A stretch of DNA of 64,000 bases from an uncultured Isosphaeraceae bacterium (GCA_963779675.1 CAVZZM010000003.1:1-64000), one strand, 5' to 3'. Shown: positions 1 to 10,759, numbered from the stretch's first letter. Numbers and translations are program-made. The notes: generated from the sequence alone by a model not told the origin.

Positions 1-3000
1 AACTGAACAAGCGAGCCACGTCGCGGAAGCCTCGAGGGCGCGACGCCATTGCAATTTGGGCCTCGAATCGCTCGAACAACGACTCGTCCTCAGTTGGCCG
101 ACTGTGGGCTATGTGTTGAGCGGCACGAAGGACACCTTGCTCAGCGGGACGGTCTTCGACGATCTCGATGCGAATGGGCGCTGACACCGGGAGAGAATGG
201 CATCCAAGGTTGGACCGTCTACCTTGATCTTGACCACAGCGGCAGCCTGAACACGGACTCAGAGGGAGTCCTCGAACCTTCGGTGGTCACGGACAAGGAC
301 GGCTTTTTCCAGTTCGATCACCTGCAACCCGGCACTTATCGAGTCACGGAGGTGGTGCAGAGTCGTTGGACACCCGACGGTGCCTGAGTCCAAGGATGTG
401 ACGGTCCTCCTCAACAGGGAGAGCACGACCGACTTCTTCAACTTCGGTGGTGGGGACATCGTCGGGACGATCTGGAACGACGTGAACCAGGATGGGATCC
501 GAGCCACCGACCCAGTCACGGGAGCGTTTACCGACCCGGGCCTGGAGGGGTGGACGGTCTTCGTCGACCTGAACACGAACGACGCCCTCGATCCTGGAGA
601 GCCGACGACGCTCACGGACGCGAATGGACATGTATTCGTTCACGGGGCTGGCGGCCGGCGACTACAAGGTCGGAGAGGTTCTCCCCGACGGCTGGGAGGT
701 CACATTGGCTTTGACCCCGTGATGGATGTCACGGTCTTCGCCGTGACTGAGTCCACTCAGGACTTCGGCAACTTCAGCATGGTGAGCGGCTCGATCTCGG
801 GTGTGATCTGGAACGACCTGAACAACGACGGAGTCCGGGCGACCGATCCGACCACCGGGGCATTCCTGGAACCCGGCCTGGAGGGATGGACCGTCTTCGC
901 CGACCTGGATGAGAACGGTTCGCTGGACCCTGGCGAGCCTTCGACCGTGACGAACGCCAACGGCGAGTACACGTTCCCTAGCCTCGCCGGGGACACGAGC
1001 TACGAGATCACCGAGGTGCTGCCCGCGAAATGGTATGCCTCGCCCGGGTTTGACATCGTCCAGACCGTGGACGTTTTCGCCGGCGAGAATTCGGTCGCGG
1101 GTGACTTCGCCAATTTCACGGTCCTGAACGGCTCGATCCGGGGAACGGTCTGGAGCGACCTGAATCGAAACGGGATTCGGGACAAGAACGTGGCGGGTGA
1201 TTTCACCGACCCGGGCCTGGAAAACTGGACCGTCTTCGTCGACTTGAATCGCAACCGTGCTTCTGGACGCGGGCGAGCCATCCGCACTCACCGACGTCAA
1301 CGGCGGTTACTTGTTTGGTGATCTCCAGGTGGGAGACTACGAGGTTCGCGAGATCGTCCCGACGGGCTGGGAGGTCACCAAGAACTTCAGCGATAACTGA
1401 ACGGTCACGGTTCATTCCGGAATCGAGTCGCCCGGCGCCGACTTCGCGAACTTCAACCTCTCGACGATCATCCCAGGCTCGATCGCCGGGTTCGTCTGGA
1501 ACGACCTGAACGGGAACGGGGTGCGCAGACGTCTCCGGGACGGGCTCGTTCACGGACCCAGGCTTGTCCGGCTGGACGGTTTTCCTCGATCTCAACGGGA
1601 ACGGAGTCTTCGACGGGACCGACACGAAGACGACCTCCGCGAGCGACGGGTCGTACCTCCTGGCGAACGTGCTCGCCCGGAACCGTGAGCGTCGTGGAGG
1701 TCGCGATCGCCGGCTGGCGAGCCACGGCCCCCACGTCACGGCTCCACTCGATCTCGCTCACGAACGGTGAGAACGCGACCGGTCTGGACTTCGGAAATCA
1801 GGGGCCAACGGACTCGAGCATCGCGGGAATCGTCTTCGCCGACACGAATAAGGACGGGACGCAACAAGCCGGCGAGCTGGGCATGGCCGGCGTGACGGTC
1901 TATCTCGATCTCAACGACAACGGGTCACTGGACCCGGCGGAGCCGCGGTCTCTCTCCTCGGCCGACCAGTTCTACACCCCCGCCGTCGATGAAGCCGGGA
2001 CGTACAGCTTCACCCACCTCAGCCCGGGCAACTACACCGTCCGTGTGCTCCTTCCGGCGATCCTGAGCGCGACTCCCACGACCGAGCTCGTTCACTCCTT
2101 CTCGCTTGGTGCCGGCGAAGCCCGCCTGAATGTGAACACGGCCGCGGTCTACCGCCCCACCGAGGTCCACGGCGTAGACTTCGAGGACCTCAACGGGGAC
2201 CATGTGCAAGACCGGGCGAACCCGCCATCGTTGGCGCGACCGTCTTCGTCGACCTGAACCGCAACGATGTCCTGGATGCCGGCGAACCAACCGCCATCAC
2301 GGAGGCCGACGGATCGTACTCGTTCTCGGGACTGGCGTCCGGCGGCTACGTGGTCCGAGAGGTCGTGCGACCCGGCTACGGTCGCACCTATCCCCAGACC
2401 ACCGGCGGAGTCCTCTGGCCGCAGGGAACCAGCAACCCCGCCGTGGGGAACGTCACGCCCAGGAGCATCACCACTTCACTGGCCGCGGGAGCGACCTATC
2501 GCCAGACCGTGAGCATCACGCTTCCGAACACAGGATCGCTCACCAACCTGGTGGACGTCTTCTTGTTGTTCGACGACACGGGCAGCTTCACCAACAACAG
2601 CCCGATCGTTCGCGCCGCGTTCCCCGCGATCATCGCTCAGCTCCAGGCCTCCCTGCCGGGAATCGACCTTGGCTTCGGCGTCGGCCGCTTCGAGGAATAC
2701 GCCAACTTCGCCTACGAGTACAGCACCGGCCGCCCGTTCGTCCTCAACCAGCCGATCGTGGCCGCCAGCACCGCCGGATACATGACCTCGATCCAGGCGG
2801 CCCTCAATCGCACGACCCCGGGCTACGGCGGCGACGAGCCCGAAACCGACATCGAGGCGCCTCTACCAGCTCGTGACCGGTCGGGGCTTCGACGGCAACA
2901 ACAACGGATCGGTGCTGGACAGCGGCGCGGCGGGACTGGTCTCCACCCAGTTGAGTCCTGGAGCGAGCGGCGACGTGCCTTCGTTCGCCTCCTTCACGGC

Positions 3001-4905
3001 CGATGCCAGCGGCTCCGTGCTGCCGGCGGCCGGCACAGTCGGAGGCGCGGGGTTCCGTGCCGGGGCCTTGCCGATCATCCTCACCGCCACCGACATCGGG
3101 CTTCGCCTACCAGCCCAAGGGCGAAACGTCGATCGTCGGGGTCGGCGGAGTCACGTTGCCCGTCAGCGCCTTGACCCAGACCTCGCGTCCGACGACGCCC
3201 TTCAACTACGGGGCGGGCATCCAGGAGACCGATCACCGGGCTGAACGCCCTTGGAGCGCTGGTCATCGGCCTCGGGACCAATGTCCAGACGAACGTCGAC
3301 CCGCGGCAAGGCCTCGAAGCCCTCTCCAAGCTGACGGGCGCGGTCAACCGTTCGACGACCTCCATCGCCAACGGAACTCCTAACCCGATCGCCCCGGGAG
3401 ATCCGCTCTACTTCCAGATCTCCTCCGGGTTTGCCAGTAGTGTCGCGAACGGCGTGGCCAACGCCATCCAGAACGCCGTGACGAACGTCGCGGTCGATAT
3501 CACCGTCCAGGCCTCCGACCCTCGCGTGAGGATCATCAATCACACCGGAGTTCGGGCCGGGATCGGATCAGGACAGACTGCGACCTTCGATATCGAGTTC
3601 GTCGGCGATGGCATCCCGAGCCGCTTCGACCTCCAGTTCGTTCGTGCCGGAACCAACGTCGTGCTCGGTTCGATCCCCGTCGTTCTGGGAACCCCGATTC
3701 CCGGCAATGGGTACGAGTTCGAGGATCTTGCCGAGGGAGAAATCACCAGCAACGTCGATTTCGGGAGTCGGCTGGCGACGAACTCAGCGCCCACGGCCCT
3801 GGCACTCTCGAACGCATCCGTGCCCGAGAACCTGCCTTCGGGGACCGTGGTCGGTACGTTGTCGGCGACCGACCCCGACGCGGGTGAGACGTTCACCTAC
3901 AGCCTGGTCGGCGGAACCGGGTCCACGGACAACGCATCGTTCTCCGTCGTCGGCGACAAATTGTCACCGACCGCTTCCTTCAACTTCGAGGCGAAGTCGA
4001 GCTATAGCGTTCGTCTGCGGGTTACCGACCAGGGCGGCCTGACCTTCGATCAGCCGTTCACGATCACCGTGACGAACGTCGAAGAATCGCCGACGTCGTT
4101 GGCCCTCTCGAATACTTCCGTCTGGAGAATCAGCCGTCAGGGACCGTGGTCGGCACGTTGTCGGCGGCTGACCCCGACGCGGGTGCGATCTTCACTTACG
4201 GCCTCGTCACCGGCGACGGGTGCCACCGACAACGCGTCGTTCTCCGTCGTCGGCGATCAACTCCTCACGGCCGCTTCCTTCAACTTCGAAGCGAAGTCGA
4301 GCTATAGCGTTCGTCTGCGGGTTACCGACCAGGGCGGCCTGACCTTCGATCGGACGTTCACGATCACCGTCGTCAACGTCAACGAGATTACCGGCTTCAA
4401 CGTTCAGGGACATGCGACCCAGCGGTCTTTCATCCGCTACATCGACCTGCTCTTCGAGGACAACAACGGCCTGGGGTCGCTCATCAAGGGGGACGCATCG
4501 GCCTGACCCGCTACGACCTGAACGGCGACTACGGCGTCGCCGTACCGCTGGCCCCGGGCGTGCTTTGGCCACCGGGAACACCGTCGGCCTCGACTTCGGG
4601 ATCAACGGGATCGGCGGCAACAGGCTGACCAGCCAGGGAGATGGATACTACGTCCTGAATATCGACCAGGACGGCGACGGCATCCCCGACGCAACCCGCG
4701 CCTTCTATCGGCTCTTCGGCGACGTCAGCGGCGACCGGGTCGTGGATCAAGACTGATTCCAACTTGATCCTCGCCGCCTACGGCCAGATCGGGATCAATC
4801 TCAACGCTGACGTCACGGGGGACGGCATCGTCAACGCACAAGACCGAACGATCGCGATCCGACAGCGAGGACGGCGTCTCAAGGCTTCGCTCCGCCTCGA
4901 TGGCT
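1..4905 (+). CDS. Giant extracellular adhesin-like protein, 5'-truncated by the window edge, with multiple frameshifts. It carries SdrD-B/Cna-B-like repeats, a VWA-like segment, tandem cadherin-like repeats and a C-terminal dockerin-like double Ca-loop
   Basis: The motif GWTVF(V)DLN.NG..D.GEP..TD..G.Y.F..L..G.Y.V.E recurs in ORFs 49-387, 380-1321, 1564-1770 and 1685-2257. VFLLFDDTGSF reads as a VWA-like segment around 2560. Cadherin-like repeats (LALSNASVPENLPSGTVVGTLSATDPDAGETFTYSLVGG) span 3780-4400. A dockerin-like tail (GDVSGDRVVDQD ... DVTGDGIVNAQD) sits at 4700-4860, with the stop TAA at 4903-4905. The reading frame changes at least six times. Confidence 0.6.
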
Positions 4906-4941
4906 AATACATCACAAGTCGATTAAGTCTGATTAATTCCG

Positions 4942-4978
4942 TGAAGGAGTCGAACCATTTCCGGCTCGGCTCCTTCAC
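4942..4978 (+). terminator. Hairpin downstream of the adhesin stop codon (gaaggagtcgaacc..ctcggctccttc), in a locally AT-rich stretch
   Basis: Inverted repeat with one mismatch located immediately 3' of the stop at 4905. There is no clean U-tract. Confidence 0.3.
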
Positions 4979-5092
4979 ACAGATCCACGACACGAATCCG
5001 GAGACGTTCCATGCACTCGCTTCGCTGCGGGCTGGCCCCACTCTGCTTTCGGATTCGCCCTACTCTTATCATCCACGGTCGCCCGTGGTGAC

Positions 5093-5853
5093 TTGATCCT
5101 CTCCACAGAGCCCCTGATCCTCACGCCAAGCGGGCCTGGCAGCACCGGGCGGATCGCGGTCACCATCGCCAGCGACAACGGGACGGACGTGCTCGATTCG
5201 TTCGGGGTCGAGTTCCGATTGACATCCTCGAATGGTCGCTACATCTCGTTCGTGAACCCTCCGACCGACGCCCAACTCGGAGCCTCTCCTACATTTTTCA
5301 TGGCGACAGCACGTCCGAGATCGACGGTCCCCCCTCCGGTTTCGTCTCGACCGTCGCAAATACGTACGACACGTACATTGGAGGCGACGGCACGTTATCG
5401 GGCCTGGGCGTGACCGTCCCGCTCGCGAATCCCCTTTCCCCCAAGTTGCTTCTTAACTTGGATGTCACGGCCTTGACGGGGTCGCCACCGCAGCCGGGCG
5501 ATCTCTTCTACCTGACGCTGGTCAGTAGCTCGTTCACGTTCTTCGATGGACCGATCCCCGCTACAGGCGGCCTTCCGCCTTCGCTGGCCTTTCGTTTCAA
5601 TGACGTTCCGATCCACATCGCATCCAACGCTGTGCCGGAGCCCGCGTCGATCGTCAGTGCTGGACTTGGTGCGATCATCTTTGCATCGGCGCCTTGCTTC
5701 ATCGCCGGAAAGCGGCGAGTTCCCGGCCCCAGCAGATCGAGTGACGTCGACTCAAAAGCTCGCACAATACAAGGGAAAAACCAGGCTGAGTGCCCGAAGT
5801 CCCCGATTCGCCCTCGGCTCCCTCGAGGGCGATCTACTCTCCTCTCGAATTGA
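5093..5853 (+). CDS. PEP-CTERM sorting-domain protein, with a frameshift near 5280
   Basis: C-terminal motif NAVPEPASIVSAGLGAIIFASAPCFIAGKRR, that is VPEP followed by a hydrophobic helix and a basic cluster. The ORF then continues about 45 codons further, possibly as an indel artefact. Confidence 0.5.
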
Positions 5854-5863
5854 GATACGCACC

Positions 5864-6637
5864 ATGACTCGCAGAACGAATCGCAATCGACTCCCGATGT
5901 TCGATCGGATGGAAGACCGCAAGCTCCTGAGTTTCACGACCAGCCTCACCGCTGGAGTGCTGACCATTCGCGGCAACGGCGGCAACGACAACGTGACGGT
6001 CGTCGAACGCAACGGCCAGGTCGAGCTCGACGGCCGGAGCCAACGGGGCGCGAAGACCGGCTTCGCGTCCGGGACCGTCGACCGGATCGTGTTCGATGGC
6101 GGCGCGGGCAACGACCGCTTCACGAACACCACGGGCGTCCCGGTCACCGCGTCCGGCGGACGCGGTAACGACGTGCTGATCGGCGGCGGCGGAGCCGACG
6201 ATCTCAACGGGAATGAGGGCAACGACATCATCCACGGCGGGGCCGGCGACGACTTTGTGCGCGGTGGCTCGGGCAAGGATTCGCTCTCGGGCGACGACGG
6301 CAAGGACTCCCTCGCGGGCGAGTCGGGGGATGACAGGCTCCACGGCGACGCCGGTGATGATTCCTTGCTCGGAGGCTCCGGAAACGACTCTCTTTTCGGT
6401 GACGACGGCAACGATCACCTCGACGACCACCAAGGGCGCAATCGCTTGGACGGCGGCCTAGGCTCCGACGACGTGGCCGGTGGCCACGATCTTCACGGCA
6501 GTGACCCTGGCGACGTCAACCACGACGTCGGGGACGACCATGGCGGCAACCGATCCATGGCGGGAGTCATCGTCCCGTCGGAGTTCACACCGCTCGTGGA
6601 CCCAAACTCCAAGAAGGATCGCAAGTCCCGGAGTTGA
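5864..6637 (+). CDS. RTX-like calcium-binding repeat protein (GGxGxD nonapeptide repeats)
   Basis: Start codon ATG at 5864 (MTRRTNRNRLPMFDRMEDRK). Repeats GGAGNDRF, GGRGNDVL, GGGGADDL, GNEGNDII, GGAGDDFV, GGSGKDSL, GDDGKDSL, GESGDDRL, GDAGDDSL, GGSGNDSL and GDDGNDHL follow. Confidence 0.65.
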   Translation: MTRRTNRNRLPMFDRMEDRKLLSFTTSLTAGVLTIRGNGGNDNVTVVERNGQVELDGRSQRGAKTGFASGTVDRIVFDGGAGNDRFTNTTGVPVTASGGRGNDVLIGGGGADDLNGNEGNDIIHGGAGDDFVRGGSGKDSLSGDDGKDSLAGESGDDRLHGDAGDDSLLGGSGNDSLFGDDGNDHLDDHQGRNRLDGGLGSDDVAGGHDLHGSDPGDVNHDVGDDHGGNRSMAGVIVPSEFTPLVDPNSKKDRKSRS

Positions 6638-6905
6638 GAAGAGCCCCGACCCCTTGTCCGCATCAGCACACCGATGCCTGGTTCGTCGAGCGTGCGGGGT
6701 TGCGGCGTCACTATGGGCGGACGTCGGAGCTGATCCATAGATATTTCGAGAATATAGCCGGGGGCAAAACGGGGGCAGCACTGGCCACGCTAAGCCCCCA
6801 TCGGTACGATGCAGGGGCGACACGGCTTTCGGCGGTTCTTTGAAACTTAAAAGCACTTACGGCGTATCTCCCCTGCAAGCACCACGCGCCTCCACGGCCG
6901 CCTCA

Positions 6906-6965
6906 CTAGGTTCAGGTCCTAGTGGGCTAACCATGCCCGTGGAGGTTCAAGTCCTCTCTTCGGCA
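6906..6965 (+). tRNA. Truncated tRNA-Leu(CAG) 3' fragment: anticodon arm, long variable arm, T-arm and 3' acceptor strand, with no 5' half. Pseudo-tRNA or att-site remnant
   Basis: ctagg-TTCAGGT-cctag gives U33, anticodon CAG and G37. gggc-taaccat-gccc is the variable arm. ggagg-TTCAAGT-cctct is the T-arm, followed by cttcggc-a. The layout resembles bacterial class II tRNA-Leu. No complementary 5' acceptor strand (gccgaag) or D-arm is present upstream. Confidence 0.5.
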
Positions 6966-6975
6966 CTATGGGGAA

Positions 6976-7009
6976 AGGGCTTACGTCGATAAGGCGTGAG
7001 CCCTTTTTT
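6976..7009 (+). terminator. Rho-independent terminator (agggcttacg-loop-cgtgagccct followed by TTTTT)
   Basis: A 10-bp stem with one G-U pair followed by a T5-6 run, 10 nt after the tRNA fragment. Confidence 0.6.
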
Positions 7010-7387
7010 CATGCGCCCCCAGAAAATGGGGGCAAATTGGAAGTGGGACTGCGGCCGGATTGCGGTTGGGCTTGCCGGCGAAGCTGATGCGGGACTGAGT
7101 GGTTCGACGCCCACCTCGGTGGCGTCTCCTCGATCTGCCCGCCTCTCAGGATCTTCAAGCACCGGAAAAGTCGGGCTGACTACGTCTCCGTCATGATTGA
7201 CGAGAGCAACCACCACTTCAACGCGACGATCGCGGGCAGCAAATGCGAGATGATCCCCGGTTGGCACGCCGCTGGCGGGGCGGACGTGAGGTCCTCGCCT
7301 CCCATCGGGTGCCGTTGGGCACCGCCTTTGCACGGTGTCTAGCTGACCGCCACGATCGAAACGACCCAATACAGATGGGAGGACGCC

Positions 7388-7672
7388 ATGAGCACCGAGC
7401 ATCCGAACAAGACTGGAGCGTCGCTGGCCGAGAGCACCGGCGCCGTCGGGTCGCCCGCAGATGTCCGCGAGCACATGGAGGTCTACGCCTCCTGCGGCAC
7501 GAAGATCGGCAAGGTTGACCATGTCGAGGGCGACTCGATCAAGCTGACGAAGCACGACAGCCCGGACGGGCAGCACCACCGCATCCCGCTGTCATGGGTG
7601 GCGAAGGTCCACGACCACGTCCACCTGAACAAGGATCACAAGGAAGTTCAGGGCCAGTGGCAACCGGCCTGA
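7388..7672 (+). CDS. Small conserved protein, DUF2171-like
   Basis: MEVYASCGTKIGKVDHVEGDSIKLTKHDSPDGQHHRIPLSWVAKVHDHVHL matches the DUF2171 pattern as I recall it. Confidence 0.5.
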   Translation: MSTEHPNKTGASLAESTGAVGSPADVREHMEVYASCGTKIGKVDHVEGDSIKLTKHDSPDGQHHRIPLSWVAKVHDHVHLNKDHKEVQGQWQPA

Positions 7673-7983
7673 GCGACAAATTGACACGAATAGTAGTGAA
7701 TGAATGGGCCGGGGCCTCAGCCCCGGCCCGTTTTGTTGCGCGGGTCGAGGGAATTCCGCCTTCCGCTTGCGGGCGGCCTCGACGCAGGCTGAAACGGACG
7801 TCACTCTGGCGAGCATGGTCTGGATACTCCCCGGACGCGGAGGTACGCTGCTGGAAAGTGGCACGACACATCACGGATCGGCCCTCATCCGCTTCCCGGC
7901 GCGGCGGGGCCGTCCATCAGGGAGCGGTCACCTTTCCTATTCGCTGCCGCGCCCGATGCTCTCCGCTTCGAATCGAGGTTCTT

Positions 7984-10587
7984 ATGGTTCGAGCACTCTA
8001 CTTTGCGGTGGCCTTCCTGGGGCTCGCGTCGATCGCCTCGAGCCACAGTGCGGCGCAGGACGGTGGGGACGCGCCGGGGACGCCTCGGGATAAGGGCCCG
8101 GTCGTGTTCACGACGGCGCAAGATCGTCAGAACATGCTCGACCAGTTGGGCATCACGAGACTCCGCCCCGGCCGGGACAGCAATCCCGACTCGCCGAACC
8201 CAGCGAACTACGACGAGTCAAAAGCCAACCCCTACCCGAAGCTGCCGGAGCTCCTCCGCACGAAGGAGGGCCAGGAGGTTACAACCCCCGAACAATGGTG
8301 GGATGAGCGACGACCGGAAATCGTCGAGCTGCTGGAGCGAGAGGTCTATGGCCGGGCCCCGGAGAACGTCCCCAAGGTCCGGTGGGAGGTCCGCGAGACC
8401 CAGGAGATCGAGGCGGGCGGCAAGCCGGCCATCCGCAGGCACATTGTCGGCGTGGCGGACAACTCGGCCTGTCCGCAGATCGAAGTCAAGATTTCCATGT
8501 CCCTGACGTTGCCCAAGAAGGCCGACGGACCGGTGCCGGTGCTGATGAGCTTCGGGTGGACGCCGTTCGAGCCGTCGCCGTTCGGCCCCCGAGGCCCGGG
8601 CGGCGGCCCGCGGCCCCCGTCCAAGGAAGACACGCTCATCGAGGCCGGCTGGGGTTGCGTGACGCTGAATCCCGCGACCGTCCAGGACGACTCGGGCGGG
8701 TGGCAGCCGAGGCGATTCGGCCCCGGCGCCGATCCGGACGCGAAGCCGACGGGGGCCGGCCTGACGCGCGGGATCATCGGCCTCACTAACCACGGCCAGC
8801 CGCGCACGCCCGACCAGTGGGGGGCGCTGCGGGCGTGGGCCTGGGGGGCGTCTCGGGGACTCGACTACCTGGAGACGGTGCCTGAAGTCGACGCGAAGCG
8901 GGTCGGCATCGCCGGGGTCTCGCGCTACGGCAAGGCCGCCCTGGTGACGATGGCCTTCGACCAGCGATTCACCATGGGGCTGATCGCCTCGTCCGGCGCG
9001 GGCGGCACCAAGCTCTTCCGCCGCGATTTCGGCGAGAACCTCGAGAACCTCGCCACGACGGGCGGCTATCACTGGATGGCGGGGAATTACCTGAAATACT
9101 CGGCCGAGGAGTCGGCCTTCGGCCGCAAGACCGCCGACGACCTTCCGGTCGACTCGCACATGACGCTGGCCCTGTGCGCCCCGCGCCTGGTCTTCATCAG
9201 CCACGGCATCCCGGAACGGGGCGATGCCCATTGGCTCGACCACCGGGGCAGCTTCATGGCGGCGATCGCCGCCCAGCCGGTCTTCCGCCTGCTGGGTGCG
9301 CGCGACCTGGGCCGGAGCGATGACTACCTGGTCGAGCCGATGCCGGGCGTCAACGAGGGCCTGCTCGACGGCGCGCTCGCGTGGCGCCAGCACGACGGTG
9401 GCCATACCGACGGCCCCAACGTCGAACACTTCATCCGGTGGGCGGAGGCTCGGTGGCGGGATGATAAGCAGCGGGACGATCCCGCGAAGGCACAGCCCGA
9501 TCGCCGGTCACTGAAGGAGGCCGCGGGCGACCGCTTCAAGATGGGGGTCGGGATCGGCTCGCGTGTCCTGGAGCAGCCGGAAGACGTGGCGTTGATCCGG
9601 CAACACTTCCAAATCCTCACGCCTGAGAACTGCATGAAGCCGCAGAGCATCCACCCGGCCGAGGATAGGTGGAACTTCGACGCCGCCGATCGCTTCGCCG
9701 AGTTCGCCCGCGGCAACAAGTTCGAGGTCGTGGGCCACTGCCTCGTATGGGCCAAGGACGACCGCACCGACGAGTGGATGAAGCGGGAAAACGGCGAGCC
9801 GGTGTCGCGCGAGACGCTGTTGCGCCGCATCGAGGCCCACGTGTCGACCGTCGTCGGACGCTACGCGGACGTCGCGACCATGTGGGACGTGGTGAACGAG
9901 GCCGTCGCGGACAGCGGCGACGACCTTCTGCGCGATTCGGTCTATTCGCGCGTCACCGGCATCGACTTCATCGTCACGGCCTTCAAGACCGCGCGGGCCA
10001 AGGACCCGGACGCCCTGCTCATCTACAACGACTACAACGATCACCATCCCGACAAGCGAAGGAAGGTGATCGAGTTGCTCAGCCAATTGAGGAAGAAGGG
10101 CGCTTCCGTGGACGCCTACGGGATGCAGGGCCACTTCGAGCTGGGCGAGGATTTGATCCCGCAGCTCCGGGAGACGTTCGACGCCCTGCGGACGCTGGGG
10201 ATCAAGGTCGTCGTCTCCGAGCTGGATATCGACGTGGTCCCGCGGAGTCGCTGGTGGGCCGAGGACGGCAAGTACCGCGAAGAGCTCTCCAGGTACGACC
10301 CCTACAGCGATGGCCTGCCAGAGGCCATCGCGACGCAGCAGGCCGATCAGTACGCGGCGCTGTTTCGGCTGTTCGAGGAATACAGCGACATCATCGAGCG
10401 GGTCTCGTTCTGGAACCTGCACGACGGCGAGAGCTGGCTCAACGATTTCCCCTGGCATCGCGTCAATCACCCGTTGCTCTTCGATCGCCATCGCAGGCCG
10501 AAGCCCGCCTTCGACGCGGTGTACGCGACGCTTCGTGCCGCGGGAGCTGCCCATGCTCCCATCGAGCGCCGCGATCCGAACTCGTGA
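7984..10587 (+). CDS. Bifunctional secreted carbohydrate-active enzyme: N-terminal CE15 glucuronoyl esterase domain and C-terminal GH10 endo-1,4-beta-xylanase domain
   Basis: Signal peptide MVRALYFAVAFLGLASIASSHSAAQ. The GVSRYGK motif matches the CE15 G-C-S-R-x-G nucleophile motif. GH10 hallmarks are ILTPENCMKP, YNDYN, GMQGH and VVVSELDIDV. The longer upstream ORF (from 7594) lacks a signal peptide and overlaps the DUF2171 gene. Confidence 0.8.
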   Translation: MVRALYFAVAFLGLASIASSHSAAQDGGDAPGTPRDKGPVVFTTAQDRQNMLDQLGITRLRPGRDSNPDSPNPANYDESKANPYPKLPELLRTKEGQEVTTPEQWWDERRPEIVELLEREVYGRAPENVPKVRWEVRETQEIEAGGKPAIRRHIVGVADNSACPQIEVKISMSLTLPKKADGPVPVLMSFGWTPFEPSPFGPRGPGGGPRPPSKEDTLIEAGWGCVTLNPATVQDDSGGWQPRRFGPGADPDAKPTGAGLTRGIIGLTNHGQPRTPDQWGALRAWAWGASRGLDYLETVPEVDAKRVGIAGVSRYGKAALVTMAFDQRFTMGLIASSGAGGTKLFRRDFGENLENLATTGGYHWMAGNYLKYSAEESAFGRKTADDLPVDSHMTLALCAPRLVFISHGIPERGDAHWLDHRGSFMAAIAAQPVFRLLGARDLGRSDDYLVEPMPGVNEGLLDGALAWRQHDGGHTDGPNVEHFIRWAEARWRDDKQRDDPAKAQPDRRSLKEAAGDRFKMGVGIGSRVLEQPEDVALIRQHFQILTPENCMKPQSIHPAEDRWNFDAADRFAEFARGNKFEVVGHCLVWAKDDRTDEWMKRENGEPVSRETLLRRIEAHVSTVVGRYADVATMWDVVNEAVADSGDDLLRDSVYSRVTGIDFIVTAFKTARAKDPDALLIYNDYNDHHPDKRRKVIELLSQLRKKGASVDAYGMQGHFELGEDLIPQLRETFDALRTLGIKVVVSELDIDVVPRSRWWAEDGKYREELSRYDPYSDGLPEAIATQQADQYAALFRLFEEYSDIIERVSFWNLHDGESWLNDFPWHRVNHPLLFDRHRRPKPAFDAVYATLRAAGAAHAPIERRDPNS

Positions 10588-10647
10588 AGGGTCTCAAGAT
10601 CGGCCCCGGCTGGGAAGAGGGGGTGCAGGTCGGCCCGATGTTCGAAT
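10588..10647 (+). pseudogene. Orphan fragment of an aldehyde dehydrogenase gene (about 20 codons), inverted relative to the intact ALDH gene
   Basis: It encodes KGLKIGPGWEEGVQVGPMFE, compared with AKGLKIGNGWEDGVQVGPMFE in the ALDH at 10760-12223 (-). About 54 of 60 nucleotides are identical to the reverse complement of 11227-11286. Confidence 0.6.
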
Positions 10648-10759
10648 CAGAAGGCCTCCGCTGGGCTTCGACCTCCGCCCGACAACAGGCTTAACCGACC
10701 AGGCCGGTGGTCGTCCTGGATGTGGAGACCGACCGGCCACGTCGGGGCGGGTGGGGACG

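Noticed and set aside
5710-5853. About 45-residue extension after the PEP-CTERM KRR tail
   Set aside because: PEP-CTERM domains normally terminate the protein. The extension is probably a read-through caused by an indel, and a stop appears in an adjacent frame at about 5745
6634-6843. 69-aa ORF between the RTX gene and the tRNA fragment
   Set aside because: The region is AT-richer and contains hairpins. The translation has no protein-like features. It is treated as non-coding
6700-6965. Possible tmRNA (ssrA): a T-arm plus acceptor 3' strand preceded by structured RNA, with a ggggg...ccccc hairpin around 6770-6810
   Set aside because: No 5' acceptor strand (G-Y-Y-G-R-R-G with G3-U70) complementary to cttcggc could be placed. 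No tag ORF ending in a plausible ..ALAA stop was found. The preceding hairpin has a tRNA-Leu-type anticodon loop (UUCAGGU) with a long variable arm, which tmRNA lacks. The region is better explained as a tRNA-Leu 3' fragment
8218-9429. 403-aa ORF antisense to the CE15-GH10 gene
   Set aside because: An Arg/Ala/Gly-rich translation with no domains. It is the usual antisense ORF of a high-GC gene
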